DNA from: Eledone cirrhosa
Lineage: Eukaryota
Direction: 5' to 3'
Length of the DNA stretch: 64,000 nt
Assembly: GCA_964016885.1 (NCBI GenBank)
Contig: OZ024741.1
Coordinates: 278,814,001 to 278,878,000, forward strand
Part shown: positions 26,000-39,720 of the stretch, one piece after another
How positions within the stretch are numbered: position 1 is the stretch's first letter
Layout: each line of letters starts with the position of its first letter
The notes under the pieces: generated by a model
Databases searched by the model: none
What the model saw: the letters and a program-made list of their open reading frames with translations, nothing else
What the model was told of the DNA's origin: nothing
Made by a program: the position numbers and the translations under genes

Positions 26000-27668
26000 T
26001 TCCGACGCCTTCAGTCCGACCCCTCCATCTCCCACATCTTCCCATCCTCACCACTTCCCTCCTTCAAACGCGCACGCAATCTCCGCACCCTCCTCGTCCG
26101 CAGCTCCCTACCCCCAACCCACGCCCCCCCCGTTCACTTCCCTGCCCCAGGCCTCGTTTCCACATCTTCCCCCACATTACCAACACCAATACCTTCCAGG
26201 GTCCCAACGGCCATTCTCTCTCTGTCCGGCATGCCTTCCGCTTCACCTCCTCCAAGCTAGTCTATAGACTTCGCCTGGCGGACCGTTTCACTGAACACCT
26301 CCGGGATATTCATCTCGGCGGGAGTTCCCCCATCGCTCTCCACTTTGGCTCCCCTGGACATTCCGCCCACCACCTAACAGTCTGTTGCCTACCCCAAAGC
26401 CATGGAACACCCGCCACCCGATCACGGTCGAACAACGCACCATCTTCACCCTACAGACCCACACACCCCCCGGCCTGAACTCCCCACCCCTATTCCTTTA
26501 GCCTTCGACCCCCCCCCCACACAGACACATCCCCCACTAACACACTCCTCCTTTTCACCGCCCCACCCCCTTGGTCCACCCCACAACTAACAATACACTA
26601 ACACCCCACCTCACCCCGGCCCCCTCCTCCAACTAACAATACTAACATCCCCACCCCTCCCCCTATCACGCACCCACTCACCTGTACATATATACACACA
26701 CTCACACTATCCACACACCCTACTACCACCACTGACCCTCACCCACACATCCACTCCAACCACCCCACAACTAATATCACTAACATCCCCCCCGACCCCA
26801 TGCACACGAACACACACCTTCACACACACCCACACCCACATGCACCACCCACTCCACACGCCCAACCACCACTAACCCCGGTTACACACGCGCATTTAAC
26901 CCTTTCCCTACCATCACTATACTAACACCCACTAAGACCCCCTTTATCACACACACACTCATCCAAACACGCACACACACACACCAGTACACTACACTCC
27001 CTCCCCCGTCCCCAACACCTTTTCTCTCCCTCTTCCTCTCCCCGCTCCACCGACACCCCTTCAAACACACACATCCCACTAACACCTCTACTAATACACA
27101 CCTCATCCCCCCACATCACCACCTCCCCCCACCATCAATCACACCTACCCACCCTCTCCCCTGTCCACCGCACCTCTGCACACACAGACCTCACCACACA
27201 CTGACCATTTCCCCACCTGTCATCCTCCTCTACTGCTATCACTTCACCCTGCCTTGACCCTCTGACCACTTCCGGTTGCGCGCGCACCCCACATCTCTCC
27301 ACTTCCGACCACCACAACCAATGGATTCCACACGACCGGTCATCGTTCCAGCTATCCACTCCATAACATGAAAAATATCCAGCACCTCATCGCACACTCC
27401 ACAGAACTACCTTAGGAACTTACCCACGGACATACACTCACATTTATTTTCGAACCACGCCACCTACATCCACACCACGTATAAACATCGACACACTCGT
27501 GCGTACCGCCACATATACACACTCGGCCTCCGGAATCCACACGCCCCCTCCTCACTCCTCTGACTCCTCTCCATCCACACGCACACACCGACCCACACCC
27601 CACCCCACGCACACACCTTTTCCTGAACAATGAACCTCGTTCTTCCCCCAACTCTCACATTCACATAC

Positions 27669-27706
<38 letters not shown>

Positions 27707-27834
27707 ACACCTACACACATACACAAACACCACCTTCAGCCCTCCCCGCTCGGACCCCACCCCCACTCTCAAGAGCGTGAACCTAATAAACTTTTATTTG
27801 AACTGTCTCTCTGTTTTTGTTCCTGTCCAAGTTT

Positions 27835-27840
<6 letters not shown>
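26000..27840 (+). mobile_element. Penelope-like element 3' part: linker, partly deleted GIY-YIG and C-rich 3' region
   Basis: PSFKRARNLRTLLVRSSLP; TSSKLVY/RLADRFTEHLRDI...PIALHF...H; same family as 5980-7617. Confidence 0.8.
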
Positions 27841-27908
<68 letters not shown>

Positions 27909-27909
27909 T

Positions 27910-28164
27910 ATTAAGGATACTATTTATGGTTATGTATGTAATAAAACCTTTTCTGGTTATATATTTTTTATACAAACCCTAAATATTGAAATATAGTCAT
28001 TAATTACTATCTTATTACCAGTAAGATAAATAGCTCAATGTAATAACATCGGTTGTTTTACAGAGCAGTTATATTGAAATTACATGAATCAAAGTTCAGT
28101 TTAAATCATTTATTTATTTATTTATTTATTTTTTTTGATAAATGATTTAAACTGAACTTTGATT
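27910..28164 (-). mobile_element. PLE pLTR 3' fragment with a short fold-back (28087-28164)
   Basis: Reverse complement resembles 15330-15500 (ctgctctgtaaaacaac...gagctattt..cttactggtaataag); 27-bp inverted arms. Confidence 0.6.
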
Positions 28165-28168
28165 ATTG

Positions 28169-28265
<97 letters not shown>

Positions 28266-28289
28266 AAACTTGGACAGGAACAAAAAACG

Positions 28290-28702
28290 GAAAAAATGAA
28301 ACGAAATTTCATTTCTCACTCTTAGTACGGCTGTTACTTAAATATAAGCATGTACACGTACATACATATATGTATACAGACGTACAGTAGTATGTATATT
28401 TATATACATACATGCACACATATATATATATGTACGTATGGATTCACCGAACATCCCGTATTAAGCCGTAGTGTCTAGCAACCATCGTTGCTCGTTTGTT
28501 CAACACTGACAAAGGAACGCTGTACTAGTTTCAAGCTTATTAGCTATCGTCAGCAACGTATACCTTCCTGCCAGATTATAATAAATGCATTATAATAAAT
28601 GTTCGGTGAATCCATACGTACATATATATATGTGTGCATGTATGTATATAAATATACATACTACTGTACGTCTGTATACATATATGTATGTACGTGTACA
28701 TA

Positions 28703-28709
<7 letters not shown>
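28290..28709 (-). mobile_element. HHR-bearing non-coding repeat with an inverted duplication (28342-28454 / 28599-28709)
   Basis: Arms nearly identical; homologous to 62905-63440 and, reverse-complemented, to 25770-25990. Confidence 0.75.
28518..28558 (-). ncRNA. Type I hammerhead ribozyme
   Basis: Reverse complement: cgttg-CTGACGA-t-agct-aata-agct-t-GAAA-ctag-TA-cagcg. Confidence 0.8.
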
Positions 28710-28746
<37 letters not shown>

Positions 28747-28753
<7 letters not shown>

Positions 28754-31700
28754 AAAAAGGGATGAAATCGAAAATGCAACTGAAGTCTTATTTTTTTTAA
28801 AAATACATATATTTATTTGGTTCCTTTACCGGTTTCGCAGTTCTTCTGCTTTTCAAAAGGTGAGTTGAGATGGAGGGTCTGTGGTTTTTCTCACATCTGG
28901 TTGGTCTCTAAATGTTACTTGTTTTATATGGAAAAAGTGGCTCGAAAACCAGGTTTTTCGAGAAGTAATTTGATTGGTTTGTCAATAATTATAATAAATT
29001 TCGCGCCAGTTCGCGTTACAATAGTTCTTCAAATAAGAGAGGGGGGGGGGGTTGTCACAGGTTGTTTTTTCATATATGAGTGTTTGAATTTCTTTTTACT
29101 TGAAAAAATGAGGCTCACGAAGGCTTTTTTTTGGTTGGTTATAAATGAAATTTGGCTGTCACGTGAACAAGTTTTCATTACATTTTTGCGCCCTTATTTG
29201 GAAAACTATTCTGTAGTCTTTATAGTGAATGTTATGACAATGGAGAGATAGTGGTCAAGGGAAAAGGGATTGGGAGAAATGTTCTGGTTCAGTGAATATG
29301 GCCAGCTGTCAGAGTTCAGGTGTCAGAGTTCAGATTTTCTATTGAGACTGAAGATATGTGTTTATTTGTGTGCTTGTGTGTGTGTATATATATGTGTGTG
29401 TGTGTGTGTATGTGTGTATTGGAAGATGATTCTATTAGTAGAGATGGGGGAGGGAGTTGTGTGTGTGTGTATATGGGTGTTATGTGTGTGTGTGCGAGTA
29501 TGTTAGATAGAGAGAATATATATTTTTTGTGTGTGTGTATATATATATGTGTGTAGGAAAGTGGTTCTATTAGTAGAAATGGGGAGGGTGTTGTAGGTGT
29601 GGGGGTTTTTATGTGTGTGTATGGGTGTTATGTGTGTGGGAGTATGGTTAGCATGTTAAGATGAAGAGAATATATATATATATATATATATTGTGTGTGT
29701 GTATGTGTGTGTGTAGGAAAATGATTCCTTTAGTAGGAATATTTTTGAATGAACATATTTTCCTGACTTTTTCGTGTTTGCTCTTGTATTGCCAGTGCAA
29801 ACGTATGTTTAAGGTTTATTTAGTTCGGGTTTTTATTTTCTAAAGTAGGTGTTATGTGTGTGTGTGTATGTCATATTGTGGTGTTGACATAATGTATATT
29901 AAACCTTATTTAATGTTGGTCTATATTTTTGAATAAACATATTTTCCTTATTTATTCGCATTTGTTCTGTTGTATTGTTAGCGCAAAGGTAAAATGGGAA
30001 GACTTGGAATTTGGGTGTCTTATTACTTGCGCAAATGTCTAGATATGCACTTAGTGGTATTTGTCTCGTGGTTGGATCTCGTAATTGTTGGCGATGAACT
30101 GTCATTCTGTTTCTGAGTGTGAGTTTAGTTTGTCCTATATAATCTTCATTGCATCCTTTACATTTAATGGCATAAATTAGATTTTTTGATGAGCAAGTGA
30201 AGTGATTTTTTACAGTAAAATTTTGTCCTGATTTAAATGTATACGTGTTGCCTTCAATGAGGTGAGTGCAGGTTCCACAATTAGAGCGACCACATTTTTT
30301 GATACTTGGTTGTGGGTTTGTGGTAGGTAATTTGGCATTGGTGAGTAATGTTTTCAGTGATTTTGGTTGTCTTTTGCTTTTGATTATTTTGTGTGTTTCA
30401 AGGGCTTTTTTCATTCTTGGGTTTTGTTTTAGTAGTGGGATGTTATTGTGAATAGTGTTGTAAGCTTCCGCATTTCTTGGGTTGTGTGTTGAGATATATG
30501 ATAGAATTTTACCTTTGCGCTAACAATACAACAGAACAAATGCGAATAAATAAGGAAAATATGTTTATTCAAAAATATAGACCAACATTAAATAAGGTTT
30601 AATACATTATGTCAACACCACAATATGACATACACACACACACATAACACCTACTTTAGAAAATAAAAACCCGAACTAAATAAACCTTAAACATACGTTT
30701 GCACTGGCAATACAACAGCAAACACGAAAAAGTCAGGAAAATATGTTCATTCAAAAATATTCCTACTAAAGGAATCATTTTCCTACACACACACATACAC
30801 ACACACAATATATATATATATATATATATTCTCTTCATCTTAACATGCTAACCATACTCCCACACACATAACACCCATACACACACATAAAAACCCCCAC
30901 ACCTACAACACCCTCCCCATTTCTACTAATAGAACCACTTTCCTACACACATATATTTATACACACACACAAAAAATATATATTCTCTCTATCTAACATA
31001 CTCGCACACACACACATAACACCCATATACACACACACACAACTCCCTCCCCCATCTCTACTAATAGAATCATCTTCCAATACACACATACACACACACA
31101 CATATACACACACACAAGCACACAAATAAACACATATCTTCAGTCTCAATAGAAAATCTGAACTCTGACACCTGAACTCTGACAGCTGGCCATATTCACT
31201 GAACCAGAACATTTCTCCCAATCCCTTTTCCCTTGACCACTATCTCTCCATTGTCATAACATTCACTATAAAGACTACAGAATAGTTTTCCAAATAAGGG
31301 CGCAAAAATGTAATGAAAACTTGTTCACGTGACAGCCAAATTTCATTTATAACCAACCAAAAAAAAGCCTTCGTGAGCCTCATTTTTTCAAGTAAAAAGA
31401 AATTCAAACACTCATATATGAAAAAACAACCTGTGACAACCCCGCCCCCCCTCTCTTATTTGAAGAACTATTGTAACGCGAACTGGCGCGAAATTTATTA
31501 TAATTATTGACAAACCAATCAAATTACTTCTCGAAAAACCTGGTTTTCGAGCCACTTTTTCCATATAAAACAAGTAACATTTAGAGACCAACCAGATGTG
31601 GGAAAAACCACAGACCCTCCATCTCAACTCACCTTTTGAAAAGCAGAAGAACTGCGAAACCGGTAAAGGAACCAAATAAATAAAAATATTTTAAAAAAAA

Positions 31701-31802
31701 AATAAGACTTCAGTTGCATTTTCGATTTCATCCCTTTTTCTTTATACTTCCACTCGTGTAGGACACCTCGGTTATTTTTCATTTTGTAAAAAAAAACCTC
31801 AC

Positions 31803-31810
<8 letters not shown>
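28747..31810 (-). mobile_element. Penelope-like element (Zn-finger linker and GIY-YIG) with a 1.25-kb inverted copy of its 3' end
   Basis: ORF 29899-30414 CGRSNCGTC...NLIYAIKCKGC..YIGQT; arms 28747-29995 / 30506-31746 nearly identical; flanked by (TA)n; HHRs at 28823-28860 (-) and 31632-31669 (+). Confidence 0.92.
31632..31669 (+). ncRNA. Hammerhead variant with U3-A8 core (UUGAAAA)
   Basis: cctt-TTGAAAA-gcag-aagaa-ctgc-GAAA-ccgg-TA-aagg. Confidence 0.75.
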
Positions 31811-31860
<50 letters not shown>

Positions 31861-31864
<4 letters not shown>

Positions 31865-32717
31865 CACCCCAAACACATAATTGGGATTATACTTAGGTAT
31901 ATCCTAATGTCTGTTGAGTGAGATGGAGTTGGTCAGAGTATCGCTTAAAGCTTTCACTGTTAATGTATTAAATGTTATACTCTTCGCTGGCCAGACATGA
32001 AAATTCCAGATATTTATGTATGACTTTCTTTATTTATTCTTTATATAAAATATTGATTGCATTTCCCTGTATCTCATGTCTGATATTTTTGCCTGAGAAA
32101 ATACCTATATGTGTGTATAGATAGTGCGTACATATATTTTTTTTTTTTTTTATATCTCTATGTGTGTATGGATGGTACATACATATATTTATTTTTTTAA
32201 TATCCAATTGAGTTCTTAAACACGTGGTTAAAATACCTAACAGGCTTCAATGACCAGCGTGTATATTATTTTATATCTTACGATGACCTCCCCTTTCTCT
32301 TTTGGGGACATTGTGAATTTTCTTTTTGAAGGACTACTGGCTTTTCAAATTTAGCTGTCCTTCTAGCACTGACGGAGACCATAATTAATTATTAATATCG
32401 ATGTAGTTTTTTATATTGATATTGCATGGGCATCCACTGATGAGTTATAAGGGCCCGCTTGTGTGTATTTCTATGAATTATATACACGTTTCTACATAGC
32501 TTGGGCATTATTTATCCCAACGAAACGATCGTATAGAAAGAAGGAGAGATTTATTTAATTATGTCTCATATAAAATAATACAACCAACTTTCCACGGAAT
32601 ACTAAATATTTAGCACCCCAAACACATAATTGGGATTATACTTAGGTATATCCTAATGTTTGTTGAGTGAGATGGAGTTGGTCAGAGTATCGCTTAAAGC
32701 TTTCACTGTTAATGTAT

Positions 32718-32722
<5 letters not shown>
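31861..32722 (+). mobile_element. 749-bp ORF-less unit present as a 1.15-mer (112-bp terminal direct repeat) in (TA)n, with one HHR; candidate retrozyme
   Basis: 31861-31972 matches 32610-32721 with one mismatch seen; HHR at 32433-32537. Confidence 0.75.
32433..32537 (+). ncRNA. Type I hammerhead with long stem II
   Basis: tcca-CTGATGA-gtt...tgtgtat/atatacac...aac-GAAA-cgatcg-TA-taga. Confidence 0.7.
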
Positions 32723-32805
<83 letters not shown>

Positions 32806-33619
32806 ATTATGTAAAAACATAGATAGGTATATATACTTATGGTAAAGATATAAAAACTGGAACAGCTGCAGAAGATTTGAATCCTTTTTTTTGTGTGTCT
32901 GTAAAAAGTCGCAGCTGAAAAGAATTTCTTAACGAAATAATTTAATTAGTATGGTCGTGAGAATGTGTCGTGAAATTTCAAAACATTGTTTTGTTTTTAT
33001 TCCTTTCTTTCCTTTTCTTCCATTCTACTCAATTTTGCTTTATTCTATTTTGTCTAATATTTGTGTACGATTGTTTTTTTTTTCCATTAAAATGTGTTAT
33101 TATTTCTCATCAATTTCTGTAATTGGATAACAGAAGGTGTATAGGAATTTTTTTATCACCTTCAAGAAACTGAACAAACATTTTTATTTCACGGTGAACA
33201 TTATAAATTTAGGATCATCTAAAGGAATCTAATAATAACAAATAACATTCAATTATTAGACCGTCCTTTGATAAGATTAGTCCGCTAAAATTATGTGGAC
33301 AGTGTCCATCCTTCAGAGAATACAAACATTGGTCAGCTAAAAGAAAACCTTTTGTAACAGAAAGATCATCTCTTTTTCATTGAATGAATGTATCCAAAAT
33401 ACATCATACTATTAAGAAGTTTTAGTTGAATTTGTTGTAGAGCTTGCATACAAAGCTTGCACACAAAAACTGCACATAAAGCTTGCTCATAAAGCTTCTA
33501 CATAAAGCTTGCATATAAAGCTTGCACACTCCTTTCAAATGGTTATTGATACCTGAGTAGATAAAAAAATTTTTATCTGAAAAAAAGATTTCAAACGATA
33601 GTGAAATGATATTAGAAGG

Positions 33620-33950
33620 ACGATAGCAAATCGACCGAGTCATTAGAACGTCTGATAGAATACTTTGGAGCATTCGTTCCGGCTCTTTGTGTTCTGTGTT
33701 CAAATCTCACCTAGGTAAACTTGGCCTTTCATCCTCTTGAGGTCGATAAAAAAAAATAGCAGTCCAGAACTGGGATCGATTCTCCTTCTATTATGTCTTT
33801 CACACTCTCACTCCTTCTCTGGAAGAAATCGGCCATGTTCAGACCTAAGAAGGGATAGGCTCCGTCAGGTTCGAAATGTCCCAAACACGCTGTATGTTAC
33901 TAAGGCAACCTCTACGACTACATCAAAAGTTGCGGGTCCATACATGCATT
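33620..33950 (+). mobile_element. SINE subfamily B copy
   Basis: Homology to 8565-8860. Confidence 0.7.
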
Positions 33951-34174
33951 AGAAGTACAGTGGAGTGGCAGAATCATAGAAACCCCAAAACAACGTCTTT
34001 TTCTGTTCTGGGTTTATATCTCACCCAGATCAATTTCGTTTTTCGTCCTTCTGGAGAGGAAAAAATCTATGCAATGAATGTATTACAGGGAAGAGGTTTT
34101 AAAAACAAACAAACAAATAAATAAAATAATAAATAAAATAACAAATAAATAAATAAACAAATAAATAAAATAAT

Positions 34175-36160
34175 AGTTTCATTTATTGGCCACAAGGCCC
34201 GGCATATAGGGGACAATACAAAAGACAGGGACAGTGGGAGTTTACATATACAACGCCTAAACAATATAAATAGCAATAACAAAATAATAAAAATACAACA
34301 AGAAAAATTCCCCAATAGGGAGGATAACCACCCAGGGGTCACTCAGGTACCCCACCAATCCTAAACCACTCGACGCTTCGGGAACATCCAGGAAGGGCAC
34401 CCCTCTCCTCCTCAAATTCACCCACCTACAGGCGCATGATCAGAACAGGCCCACTCACATGGGCCATTCTCGCACATTCACCCACCTTTCAGCAAATGTA
34501 CTGGGGGGGGGGGGGGGGGGGGCAGGACTTCTCTCTCCACCCTCACCTTCCTTTCCAGGTGAAACTTGCAGAAGTTGATGAGGGATTGGCCGAAGAGAAA
34601 AGTGTCTGTCTTCAGTCCTTTCAACCTCGTCCACCTTACAACCTCTTTCGCTACTGCCACCAGGCAGAGGAAAATTGCCTGCCCTTCCTGGCCAAAAGAA
34701 GGCGGCGGGTCGTTCTTCACTATGGACTCGGCCGATAGCCGGATTCGTTCTATACGCGACAACAACTGTTCAACATAACTCCACAAGTCAGTAATGCACG
34801 GACACTGGACGAGTGCGTGTAGAACGGTTTCGTCGCGCTGCGCGCATCTCGGGCAGGTCCGTCTGACAGCACTTCCGTGCCTGTAGAGTTTATCTCGAAC
34901 CGGCAGTGCCCCCCGGTAGCACTGCCAAGCGAGGGATTTTTGGAAATTATCCATCGTCCCCGGCTCGAAATCCTCCAGTACAGACTGGTTAGTTCGACTT
35001 CGTTGACTCCCAGAGCCTCTCCGAGTGCGTCGTCGCACTTGCCCACCACTAATCCTCTATAAAACTCGAGAGTGGAAGTTCCACTGACCGCATTGCCCGC
35101 CTGGTAGAGGGCAGTGAGTGCCTGGCAACATTACAGATGCCAGTCACCCAGTCTCGGTCTCTTCTTGACCCAGGGCTGAAGCTCAGTCAAAGAAACGAGC
35201 TGAAGAAAGGCCCGTCTGACAAACGGCGACCACACCTGTTCACCGTTTAGGCAGAATATCTGGAGATGCCGCAGCCTCAGCGCATGTCTGTGCATCATTA
35301 GCCACGGCATGCCCAGCCCTCTACGTAGAGGGTGCTGGCAGCAGATGGACCGCCTCACCAACAGAACCTGTCCCCTCCATAAGAATTTGAAGAGGAGCCG
35401 TTCCAAGTCGGCGAGGCGCGAACGGGGGCAAGGGACGACGGTCAGGTGGTAGTAGATGACGGACGCGATGTATGCGTTCGCCACCTCCGCCCGACCTTTC
35501 AGCGATAGCTTCCTCGCAGCCCATTTCTGGGTGAGACTGGCTACCCTGTCCGTCACCTCGTTCCAATTTTTATCCACCTGGAGGTCTGGCCCGAACCAAA
35601 CCCAGAGCAACTTTACCGGTCCGTCCGTCCAGCGCCCAACGACGCTGTTGGACGGCATGGACTTGCGTCTCCAGGTGCCGAGTTGCAAGCCCACCTACTT
35701 TTCCGGGTTAAGTTTCGCTCACGTCAACCTTTCATATTCCTCCAATAAGTTATCGACCACCTCGATTTCCGAGAGGTGGCCATTAACTTTGACCACCAAG
35801 CAGATACCGCTGTGCATTGCAGCGATTCAGCTTCTGAAGACGGGGCCAAAGCCAGCTGCCTTGAGAACAGCCTCCAGGTACCGTTGGTCGACCCTATCGA
35901 ATGCTTTCGATTGATCTAAATTGATCAGAGCCCCACCGAAGCCAGGCTTACACCCTACCCTCTTTATGATGTATCGCAGTAGGTGGGGGTTGTCGTGTAT
36001 GGACCTGGTCGGGATTGCGCAAGTTTGCGCCTCCCCAACCAAATCCTCATCCTCGACGACAAGCGCCAACCTATTCGCTAACACCTTGGCCAAAATCTTA
36101 AACTCTGTGTTGAGCAGAGTTATGGGCCTAAAATTATCTAATGTGTCCCTCTTGTTGCTA
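34175..36160 (-). mobile_element. L1/Tx1-clade LINE ORF2 (RT N-terminal part, internal deletion, C-terminal zf-RVT) with 3' UTR
   Basis: NFRPITLLNTEFKILAK...LDQSKAFDRV; KLSLKGRAEVAN; CPRC...ETVLHALVQC; AATAAA near the 3' end. Confidence 0.88.
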
Positions 36161-36427
36161 GAAATATATAATGAAAATAAATATATATGCATAAATGAAT
36201 AATAGGTTTCTCGAAGACGATGAAATTGAGAGTAGTTATGGCCGAACTGTCTAGAAAGCTAAGTCATATCAAAATATATGAGAAACCATAAAGTGAAAGC
36301 TGTATACAATGGCGGACAAAACATTGGATTAAAATGTACACAGTTCAGGTAGCGTAATACTTGATATAAATGTATGCTTGTATTGTATTGTTGGAAAGAC
36401 AGGATTAGTTTACCAGATAATAACTCT

Positions 36428-39172
36428 ATGTATTATGTTCTGGCTTTATAATTTCACAATTTTTTTCCCAATAGAGAGAGAGTCGGTTTCTAACATAGAC
36501 ACAAGATTCTCTCATTGGAATTTACACATCAACTAGGTAGATTATGTATGCATGCATGCATGTGTAGATATGGATGTTATTGTATGTGTGGATGTGGATG
36601 TTTTGAGTTGTATGTGTGCGTGTGTATATGCTTTGTATCTGTACAAGTGTATATGCAGTTATTAGATGCAAAACTTTTTGAATGTTTTACATATTTTTAC
36701 TTTTCCATTACAAGTACTGGATTGTACTTGTAATTTCCTAACTAGTGTTCTTTCTGTTCCTGTGAAGCCTAGCTTCTCAAGATTTGTATTGAGGCAGTTA
36801 CTAACATACCCCAGTTCCCCAATAATCAAAAGCATAAATCTGAGTTCTGTATAAATATTCTCTTTTTCGCTAATTTTTGATATTATATTGGCATCTGCTG
36901 GGCAGCTAACTTCTACTACTGTGCATGCTTTCTTCTCCCTGTCGCATATCATAATATCTGGTCTGTTATGCCTGCATTTTATTGGGGTTTTTACTGGAAC
37001 ATTCCACCAGTACTCTTTCATATTATGTACATGGATGTCTTCCACATTGCTGTAGCTTTTAATGTGTTTATTATCGGAGCTATCTTTTTTACGGATTGCA
37101 TTGTACGGTGTTTTGGCCACTACATCATGCCTCATACGGAGATAGTACTGCGATGACATCTTTGGACAGCTGCTGATGACATGAGTGATATCATCGATGT
37201 TAGTTCTGCAGAGTCTGCATTTGTTATCACATCTAGGTGTTTTGCCTGCATCCCTATCTCTTTTGTGAATCAGGTATTTCGTGTTAATTTCCTGCTCTTG
37301 GATTGCAAAAGCGTATCCTTCAAAGTGGGAGCCAATATAGCGGTTGTTGGTCCAAGATAGATAACTTTCCTTATCTATATTACTCTCACTCTGGAGCTTC
37401 CTGGCAACATATCCATGCATGATGTTTTGCTGATAAGCTTGCAGTTTTTCATCCATGGATTCACTGCGATACTGCTGAGCTACTTCCCTGGGTGTGAGTT
37501 TTTGATTATCACAGATAGACTTGCTCGAGAGACGGGCTCCTATGCTTCGAGGTTCGTAGATGTCGGAGAGATATGATGCGACATTCAAATGCTGTCTGGA
37601 CTGATGTTAGGCCTCTGCCTCCCTGCTTACGTTTCAAGTAAAGGCGGTCTATGTCACTATTGATGTGGAAGTTTCCGGTGTTGTTTAGTATCTTTCGAGT
37701 TCTAACATCAACTGCTCGGATTTCGTCTATCGTCCATTTGAGTATTCCAAACGTTGGTGTTAGGACAGGCACAGCAAACACATTGTGAGCCACTGTTTTG
37801 TTTTGCGCAGAGAGTTCTGATGACCAGGTCTTTCTTAATCGGGTGTAGTATTCCCTGGTTACACGTTCCGTATTACAGATACCATTATAGGATATGTTCT
37901 CACCTATCCCCAGGTATCTGTAATAGTCCTCATCAGATATAGGTGAAACAGTTAGGACATTGATGACAGCGTTGCTAGATTGGGTTGTTGTTTTTCTCCG
38001 CTTTACAGTCATATATGAGCATTTATCTTGGCCAAACTCCATTCCTATATCCTTTGAGAACGTTGTAACCAGGTCAAGATTTTTTTTCATTCCATCCATG
38101 TTCTTGGCATAGAGTTTCAGATCATCCACAAAGAAATTATGGGTTAGGTTCGTATTTCTGTCCTCCTCTGAGCCAATGATGTATCCCTCACATTTCTTGA
38201 GCAGAAAGGACAATGGGTTTAATGACAAACTTAATAATATCTCAGAGAGACTGTCTCCCTGAAATATATCCCTGCGATATTTTATTTTATCAGTGAAAAT
38301 AGAGTCCTCCCTCTCTGTCTTTAACCTTAGGATAGTAGCCCAAGAAGAAGACATCTTCTCTATGCCTCTGATAATAATGTCTGGGACTTTAGCAAGTTGG
38401 AGGGCCTCTATCATCCAAGAGTGGGGAACAGAATCGAAAGCTTTCCTGTAGTCCAGCCAGACTGTAGCCATATTCCTCCTAAGTTGTCGTACCTCCAACA
38501 TCGCAGTTTTGTTGATTAAGAGTTGTTCAGCACATCCCCAAACCCCTTTCTTTCCAGCTGCTTGTTCATCTGTGATGATGTTATTATTTTCACAGTGATC
38601 TTGGAGGAATAGGTTCAACCAAGCTGTATACATCTTGTACATCAGGTTCTGGCATGCAATGGGTCGGTAGTTTTTTGCCAAGTAGATGTCTTTGTTAGTG
38701 GGGACCAGTAACGTTTGTGCTAATGTCAACCATTCTGGTATAAGTGTATCTCCCTTAAGAAATTGTTGGTAGAGGTCAGTAAGATACCTCCGATAGAATA
38801 TTAGTTTTTTGTACCAGTACCCGACAATCATATCTCTTCCTGGTGTTTTCTTACCTTGGAGTTTTCCTATCACAGTCTCAAGAGTACCCTCACTTATTTC
38901 GTATGTTTTTGTTGTAGTGTAGGAGCAATAGTTCTTTCGGATTTCTTTTAGCCACACTGCTTCTTGGTTGAAATTCTTCTTTTCACCCCACATTTTGCTC
39001 CAAAAGAATCTGTCTTTCTGGGATAGGGCCTCAGTGACACTTATTATTTTGTTCTTCATATATCTATAGACTGATGTTTGGTTTCGTCTGAATCTTTTAT
39101 TAAGCACTTTTCATCTACCTTCTTCAGGTATCGGCGTTTTTCGCTAACAGCTCTCAATTCTTGTTTGAGGGT
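36428..39172 (-). mobile_element. R4/Dong-like non-LTR retrotransposon (RT, CCHC and restriction-like endonuclease), 5' truncated, frameshifted
   Basis: ORF 37509-39107 NYRPIAC, LDYRKAFDSVPH, IFQGDSLS, FFVDDLKLY; ORF 36662-37588 CRLC...HVISSC, RHD, RPD...VEV. Confidence 0.9.
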
Positions 39173-39207
39173 GATGTATGTATGTATGTATGTATGTATG
39201 TATGTAT

Positions 39208-39661
39208 GGGGCAAAAGAGCTCTTAAGAGTCAATGGCCATCCAAAATCACCGGGAGAGATGACCCCTTAGCCTTTGTCAAGGCAGAATTCTAGGAGAAGG
39301 AAAACTCTGATATAACACCTGCAACCCTGATGGTATTCAATGATGTTGACTTGTTCTTCTTTTTGGTAAATATCATCTTGGTTAAGAGAGTGGGACTGGC
39401 TTTGTGCAGTGCCTTTGCTCACTATAAAAGCTTCACGGCACAAGCATTGCTTTATATCTGGAGATCTCTCTGCACTTGTCATCACATGGTACCATGGGCC
39501 TAGCACAATGTGTGAATAATTGTCACAAGTGTAGTGTTTGTACCAGAGTTTTCAAGTCGCTGGCTGGACTAAAAAGTCACACTCGTTCAGCGCATCGGTA
39601 GGGGTTCTCCTACATGGATATAAAGTAGTGGCCGTACTCGAAAACGAGTTGGCAGCCACTG
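39208..39661 (+). mobile_element. Probable internally deleted RTE derivative (5'UTR-like head fused to C2H2 tail and 3' UTR) in (TATG)n
   Basis: ctaggagaaggaaaactctga resembles RTE 5'UTRs; 3' part encodes CSVCTRVFKSLAGLKSHTRSAH*. Confidence 0.5.
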
Positions 39662-39720
39662 TATGTATGTATGTATGTATGTATGTATGTATGTATGTAT
39701 GTATGTATGTATGTATGTAT

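Noticed and set aside
28817-29843. Duplicated ORFs MVPLPVSQ... and MKRIYIY... on both strands
   Set aside because: They are antisense readings of the inverted PLE 3' repeat
37170-37830. CTGATGA words inside LINE or Helitron sequence (also ~43307 and ~47064)
   Set aside because: No properly spaced GAAA or stems; chance matches
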